This document shows, one piece after another, positions 59,010 to 64,000 of a stretch of 64,000 nucleotides of DNA (its first letter is position 1; each line of letters begins with the position of its first letter). The position numbers and the translations under genes are program-made. Source of the DNA: Verrucomicrobiota bacterium. GTDB taxonomy: Bacteria; Verrucomicrobiota; Verrucomicrobiia; Opitutales; Seribacteraceae. The notes beneath the pieces were generated by a model. It did not search any database and had not been told where the DNA came from. It worked only from the letters and a program-made list of their open reading frames with translations. The DNA lies in the NCBI GenBank assembly GCA_027622665.1, contig JAQBYT010000012.1:36080-100079 (forward strand). The letters are read 5' to 3'.

Positions 59010-62000
59010 TTGTCTTTCCCAGCTTTGAAATTGCCGATCCTTTTACCATTCTTCCTCGTCTGCTTGTCGGGCGATGAACGAGTCGGGCAATGGCGTTTCG
59101 ACTCCTCGACGTTACAGGAGAAAACGCTTAAACCTACGGTGGGGTCGTGGATGGGAAAGATTTTGGGGTCCGCCTCGCTCTCAAAAGAAAAGCCTTTGGC
59201 GCTGGAAGCTTTCAAAGAGTTTCGAGGGATCATCCTCTCCGAAGACATCGAGAAGGCCAATCTCCCCGCCAAGGATATGAGTGTAACCGCTTGGGTGAGG
59301 GTGGACAAACCAATCGAATGGGGTGGCATTCTGGGAGCCATTCAGGACAACGGTTCTTTCGAGCGAGGATGGCTTCTAGGATATGGAAAAGAGTCATTCT
59401 ACTTCGCGATTGCCTCGGAAAGGAAGAAAACGCTCACCTACCTAAAAACCGTCCTGCCCTATTCACCCGGATACTGGTACCACCTTACGGGAACCTACGA
59501 CGGCAAAGTCCAACGCATCTATCTGGACGGAAAGCTTGCCGCTGAATCGAAGGTCCAAAACGGGCCCATCCTATATCCGCCAAAAGGGCGTTTCGCGTTA
59601 GGCGCCTACCTCGACGAAGATGAACACTATCCGTTCGAGGGTCGTCTGGAACAAGTCACTTTATGGGATCGCTCGCTGAAACCAAAAGAAATCGAGGACT
59701 TGTTCAACGAGCGAAAAAAACTCTTCCCCTCGATCGAAGCCCTCGCAAGCCCGAACGCAACCGAGGATTGGCCTACTTTTCTGCATGACAACGAACAGTC
59801 GGGAAAAGGCGCAGCGAGTATCAAAGGGGAACTGTCGCTCCGCTGGACACACCGACTCCGCATGCCGCCGAAACCTGCATGGCCCCCTCCCGCCAAGCAG
59901 GATTTCTGGCATAAAAAGTACAACCTGAAACCTAGGGTAATCTTTGATCGCGCCTTCCATATCGTCGGGGCTGGCGACCGTCTCTACTTGTCATCCTCGG
60001 CCGACGACCAAGCTCGCTGCCTTTCTTTGACCGACGGTAAAGAATTGTGGAGTCACTTTGCCGAGGCTCCCATCCGCCTCGCACCCACCGTGACCGGCGA
60101 ACAAATCCTCTGCGGAGGGGACGATGGTTACGTTCGTTGCCTTGCCGCCTCCGACGGCAAGCTCCTGTGGAAGTCTCGACCCGCTGAATTAGGACATCGT
60201 CGCATCCCCGGCAACGAGCGAATCATCCATCAGCACCCCATTCGGACGGGAATTCTCGTAGACGGCCAAACTGCATATTTCGGAGCCGGTATCTTCCCCA
60301 CTCAAGGAACCTTTCTCTTTTCTCTCGATATCCGCAACGGGCGCATCTTGGATCGAGAATCGCTAAGCATTTCGCCGCAAGGCTACCTCTCTCGTAAAAA
60401 CGGAAAACTATTCGCCCCCACCGGACGCGACCCAGCGGGCGCCTTCTTGGGGCACTTGGCTCGAAGAGGAAAACCCGCGACCATCCCGGCTAAGTCGATA
60501 CCCGAAAAATATCCCCATGCATTCATTGAGGCGGGCGACTTGAAGTTCGCAGGCGGAAAGGATGAAGTGGCTGTCTTTCGCAGTGACGGTTCCCTTGCCC
60601 AAACTCTTCCCGTCACGGGCAAGGCTCACTCGCTAGCGGTGATTCGAGGGAAACTTATAGTGAGTACGGACATCGGTGTCGTCCACTGCTTTTCAGTGGG
60701 CGAAAAAGAACCGATCCACGTTAAGCCGGCAGACCTGTCCTCCTTCCCGAAAAACGATTCACTCGCAAAAAAAGCCCTTACCGCGACAAAAGCGACCAAA
60801 GGCTACTGCCTAGTAATCGGGACCAAGGATGCTGCCCTCGCCGCTTCGATCGCGCGATTGTCCGACCTGCGAGTAATCGTCTCCGCGAGCAAAGCGGAAG
60901 AAGCCGAAAAGCTAAGGCCCGACCTCGCAGCCGCAGGCCTCTACGGCAACGAAATCGTGGTCCATGAACGCAATGAATTCCCCACCCTGCCCTACGCCGA
61001 TCATATCTTCAACCTGATCCTCTGCCCAAATCCTCAGGGAATCCCCGAAGACGAACTTCTCCGACTTCTTCGACCACGTGACGGAGTGGCTCTTCTTGGC
61101 CCGAAACTGGAGAAGCAACTCTCCAAGCCGCCGGTAGAAGGTGGCGGCGAATGGACCCACCTCTACGCCGAACCCGGCAACACCGCATGCAGCCAAGACC
61201 AGGGCGTAGGCGGCGATCTTTCTATCCAATGGTTCGGCAGGCCCGGCCCGGAACGCTTGCTCGACCGTCATCATCGCTCAGTATCCCCTCTTTGGAAGAA
61301 CGGCTTCCTCTTCGTCCCCGGCAACGAACGAGTCTTCGGGGTCGACGCCTACAACGGGGCCGTCCTTTGGGAAACGGAGATTCCCGAGTCTCGCCGCATC
61401 GCCATCATGCGCGACTCAGGCTCCATGGCCGTGGACGACGATTACCTTTACGTCGCAAGCGGACCCGAATGCCTCGCCTTGGATGTTCTCACCGGAAAAG
61501 TCGGCCGACGCCTTTCCATCCCCAATGATGCCTTCCCCGAAAACCACGAATGGGGGTACGTCGCCAAAGTGGGAGGCTTGCTATTGGGCTCCGCCGTAAA
61601 GAAAGGAGGCATCCGCCGTGACTACGGCCACAAGGGCATCCGCGAAACCTACTGGGACAACCGCCCTCCCGTATGTAGCGACAGCCTATTCGCCACGGAT
61701 ACCCGCGCCGGCAAACCGGCTTGGACTTATCGTCCCGCGGGTGGGGGCGTCATCGTGAACTCAAGCATCGCCGCCGGTTCCGAAGGATTACACTTCGTCG
61801 AAAGCGCAACCCCCGCGAAAGAAGGCCGCGTTCCCTACGACAAGATTTTGGGCGAAGGCAAAGGCTATCTGGTAACCCTCGACGTCGCATCCGGAAAAAC
61901 GATTCGGCGCACTCCATTGCCCGCCAAGAAAGCCGTGCAAAACCTATATATAGTTACCGCAAAAGGCGTCCTTGCCGTAGTCAACTCGCGAAACGATAAG

Positions 62001-62453
62001 ACCGTGCGATACGACGTTCGCGCCTACGACGCAAGCAACGGAAAGCTACTCTGGGAACAGTCGCAGGACAACCGCCTCAAGCTGAACGGGGACCACGGGG
62101 AGCAAGACCGACACCCCGTCGTCCTCAACGACGAACTATACGTCGAACCCATGATCTACAACCTCCGCACGGGCATACCGGTGGAAGGCAGGAAATTATC
62201 GAGAGGCGGAGGTTGCGGTTCCCTATCCGCTTCCGCCAATGCTCTCTACTTTCGCTCTCAAAACCCCACGGCCTACATTCCATCCACCGGAAAATTCAAA
62301 AAAATCACCACTGTCAGTCGACCCGGGTGCTGGATAAACGCGATCCCCGCCGGCGGCTTACTCCTCATACCCGAAGCAAGCTCAGGTTGCACCTGCGCCT
62401 TCCCCATCCAGTGTTCCCTCGCCTTTGCTCCTCGCAAAAAACTGAAGCCATGA
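59010..62453 (+). CDS. LamG + PQQ-like beta-propeller + methyltransferase-like fold + second propeller
   Basis: WYHLTGTYDG...IYLDG (LamG); DWPTF.HD; DGKELW/DGKLLW repeats; KGYCLVIG...LPYADHIFNL...RLLRP; EWTHLYAEPGNT; C-terminal GGCG, RPGCW, GCTC. Exact start uncertain. Confidence 0.85.
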   Translation: MSFPALKLPILLPFFLVCLSGDERVGQWRFDSSTLQEKTLKPTVGSWMGKILGSASLSKEKPLALEAFKEFRGIILSEDIEKANLPAKDMSVTAWVRVDKPIEWGGILGAIQDNGSFERGWLLGYGKESFYFAIASERKKTLTYLKTVLPYSPGYWYHLTGTYDGKVQRIYLDGKLAAESKVQNGPILYPPKGRFALGAYLDEDEHYPFEGRLEQVTLWDRSLKPKEIEDLFNERKKLFPSIEALASPNATEDWPTFLHDNEQSGKGAASIKGELSLRWTHRLRMPPKPAWPPPAKQDFWHKKYNLKPRVIFDRAFHIVGAGDRLYLSSSADDQARCLSLTDGKELWSHFAEAPIRLAPTVTGEQILCGGDDGYVRCLAASDGKLLWKSRPAELGHRRIPGNERIIHQHPIRTGILVDGQTAYFGAGIFPTQGTFLFSLDIRNGRILDRESLSISPQGYLSRKNGKLFAPTGRDPAGAFLGHLARRGKPATIPAKSIPEKYPHAFIEAGDLKFAGGKDEVAVFRSDGSLAQTLPVTGKAHSLAVIRGKLIVSTDIGVVHCFSVGEKEPIHVKPADLSSFPKNDSLAKKALTATKATKGYCLVIGTKDAALAASIARLSDLRVIVSASKAEEAEKLRPDLAAAGLYGNEIVVHERNEFPTLPYADHIFNLILCPNPQGIPEDELLRLLRPRDGVALLGPKLEKQLSKPPVEGGGEWTHLYAEPGNTACSQDQGVGGDLSIQWFGRPGPERLLDRHHRSVSPLWKNGFLFVPGNERVFGVDAYNGAVLWETEIPESRRIAIMRDSGSMAVDDDYLYVASGPECLALDVLTGKVGRRLSIPNDAFPENHEWGYVAKVGGLLLGSAVKKGGIRRDYGHKGIRETYWDNRPPVCSDSLFATDTRAGKPAWTYRPAGGGVIVNSSIAAGSEGLHFVESATPAKEGRVPYDKILGEGKGYLVTLDVASGKTIRRTPLPAKKAVQNLYIVTAKGVLAVVNSRNDKTVRYDVRAYDASNGKLLWEQSQDNRLKLNGDHGEQDRHPVVLNDELYVEPMIYNLRTGIPVEGRKLSRGGGCGSLSASANALYFRSQNPTAYIPSTGKFKKITTVSRPGCWINAIPAGGLLLIPEASSGCTCAFPIQCSLAFAPRKKLKP

Positions 62454-62605
62454 AACCTGCGCGCAAACTCAAGATCACCATCGTCCTTTCCATCTCCATC
62501 CTCCTCAACGTATTTTTACTCTGGGAGTTGAAACGTTCCAACGATTACTCGAAAGCACTCGAGCAACAGGTAAAGAAACTACAAGTCGAGATAAACGGAG
62601 GGTGA
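62450..62605 (+). CDS. Small single-TM protein with a coiled-coil tail
   Basis: ATGA overlap with the upstream stop; MKPARKLKITIVLSISILLNVFLLW...ALEQQVKKLQ. Confidence 0.6.
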   Translation: MKPARKLKITIVLSISILLNVFLLWELKRSNDYSKALEQQVKKLQVEINGG

Positions 62606-62643
62606 CGAATCCGCCCGGGGCAAGCGGGCAAAGACTTACCCAT

Positions 62644-63120
62644 TCAGGGTGCCTTTACGATACCGCCGTTGTTCCAACTGGAGTTGCCGTCCGGGCAATC
62701 CGTAGACGAAGCCTGACTGTCCCAAGGATAACCGTCCGAGGTTCCGTCGATGCCTGAGATCGACATGATGGTCCAAAGATCGTCGTACCCCTTCCGGCTA
62801 AGGGTAAAAGCCGTGGTGGTTATGCCGTCGGGCATCTTCCCGTCCTTGGGACCGTCGTAACGATCCTCGCTCACGTAACGGTATGTGCCGCTCGCTCCGA
62901 CAGGATAGCCCTCGGAGGGCCAAGCGGAAACGTCCACCTCGTAAACTCGACTACAAGTAACGAAGGTCCCGTTTACCTCGGGATCGTAAATATCCACGGA
63001 AGCGGACTGCGATCCGGCTTCGGAAGAATCGGAACCGCCTCCCGACTCATCCGAAGGGCCACAGGAGGCTAATAGAAACAGAAAAGAGAGTAAAAGAAGA
63101 GGCGTCTGGGCTTTGGTCAT
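62644..63120 (-). CDS. Hypothetical lipoprotein
   Basis: MTKAQTPLLLLSFLFLLASC lipobox, Ser/Gly linker, globular domain with two Cys. Confidence 0.7.
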   Translation of the reverse strand: MTKAQTPLLLLSFLFLLASCGPSDESGGGSDSSEAGSQSASVDIYDPEVNGTFVTCSRVYEVDVSAWPSEGYPVGASGTYRYVSEDRYDGPKDGKMPDGITTTAFTLSRKGYDDLWTIMSISGIDGTSDGYPWDSQASSTDCPDGNSSWNNGGIVKAP

Positions 63121-63494
63121 GACTTTGTAAGGGTGAACGATGGAAACAAACATTCCTCGACCATACCCTTGGCCAAGACCTTGGCAACCCTACACCTTGC
63201 ACCTTCGCGAGCTCCCGCTGAAGCGGAACTACGGTCCCGTGAGGAAGTTTCCTGTTCCGCAGTCTCGGTTTCCTCGGACTGTTCAGACTGTGAAAGAACG
63301 TTGCCTTCGCTATCCTCCTCCGCTTCTGCAACCGAATCATCGGTTGCCTCGGTCTCGGTGGGCTTCTCCTCCGGTTGCTCCTCAACCCGTTCCAAAAAGG
63401 AATTGGCTAATTCGGCTTCGGTGGTGATGCCTGCGCTGGTGTCTGCTCCCGAATCTATACCCGGAGCCTCGGTAGTAATTGTTTCCTGATCCAT
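63117..63494 (-). CDS. Acidic low-complexity protein, possibly a truncated fragment
   Basis: ATG ORF with a very Glu/Thr-rich first ~85 aa followed by an abrupt compositional change. Confidence 0.4.
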   Translation of the reverse strand: MDQETITTEAPGIDSGADTSAGITTEAELANSFLERVEEQPEEKPTETEATDDSVAEAEEDSEGNVLSQSEQSEETETAEQETSSRDRSSASAGAREGARCRVAKVLAKGMVEECLFPSFTLTKS

Positions 63495-63643
63495 ATCTGC
63501 GTTTGAATAAGTTCGCGCTCTCCTGCGGTGTTACCCACCAACGTCCTTATTATAACGCAAAGAGCGGCGAATTTAGACCTAAATCGCAAAAGTGTGCAAA
63601 AACTCCTCTTGACCCAAGCGTCGAAAGAGCAGAAAATTAACCG

Positions 63644-64000
63644 ATGAAGAAGTTTTTGATATCCCTTGCTCTCGGAATCATTCTCTCGCCCTGCGGACAG
63701 CCGCTACCGGCCGCGCCAGTACCCTATTCGGGCAAAGTCGCCATCAACGGTCTCAACTTCCAGGGCGACGCCCGGTTCACCTTCGCCCTACGGGACGCCG
63801 ACGGCACCGTGCATTGGCGAAACGGCGCCGACGCCAACGCCAGCATCACGTTGAACGTCGATAGAGGCCTGTATGTTTGCCTGCTAGGCGGAAATACGAT
63901 GAACGATTTCCCGCCAAACTTATTCCTCGAAAATTCCCAGCTTTTTCTTGTCGTTCACTTTTACCGCCACGATACCAAAAAGTGGTTACGTATGCTCCCC
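63644..64000 (+). CDS. Secreted protein, N-terminal part (runs off the right edge)
   Basis: Absent from the ORF track. Open frame from ATG 63644: MKKFLISLALGIILSPCGQPLPAAPVPYSGKVAINGLNFQGDARFTFAL...HWRNG...VDRGLY..LLGG. Confidence 0.7.
   Translation, partial: MKKFLISLALGIILSPCGQPLPAAPVPYSGKVAINGLNFQGDARFTFALRDADGTVHWRNGADANASITLNVDRGLYVCLLGGNTMNDFPPNLFLENSQLFLVVHFYRHDTKKWLRMLP

Overview
Bacterial genomic DNA, most consistent with a Verrucomicrobiota (Opitutales-like, PVC superphylum) genome. This is inferred from the DUF1501, DUF1549/DUF1553, DUF1592 and DUF1552 proteins, Tat-exported Gfo/Idh/MocA oxidoreductases and PQQ-like propeller proteins. Left to right: (1) a lactonase/carbohydrate-esterase cluster; (2) a ~5-10.3 kb mosaic of decayed and rearranged gene fragments around an intact GC-rich copper module (multicopper oxidase with a beta-barrel-like tail, plus a CCxxC lipoprotein); (3) a gammaproteobacterial-type aceE-aceF-lpdA operon tail-to-tail with pntAB; (4) a DJ-1/PfpI pseudogene and a cNMP-domain membrane protein; (5) addAB and a REP-like repeat cluster; (6) a translationally coupled operon of an RHH-like protein, an MscS+cNMP channel and a secretin with a ~300-aa unexplained C-terminal extension; (7) divergent from it, the uncharacterised four-gene DUF1501 / PPC / cytochrome c-DUF1549-DUF1553 / cytochrome c-WD40-coiled-coil cluster; (8) exported enzymes, an orphan pseudopilin and a MORN lipoprotein; (9) an orphan flagellin-like gene with a grafted non-flagellin domain and an out-of-frame C-terminus; (10) a BASS transporter, a LamG-PQQ propeller protein and small ORFs. 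I recognised no rRNA, tRNA, CRISPR array or transposase. All family calls come from motif recognition by eye, not from database searches. The best candidates for undescribed systems are items 6, 7 and 9.
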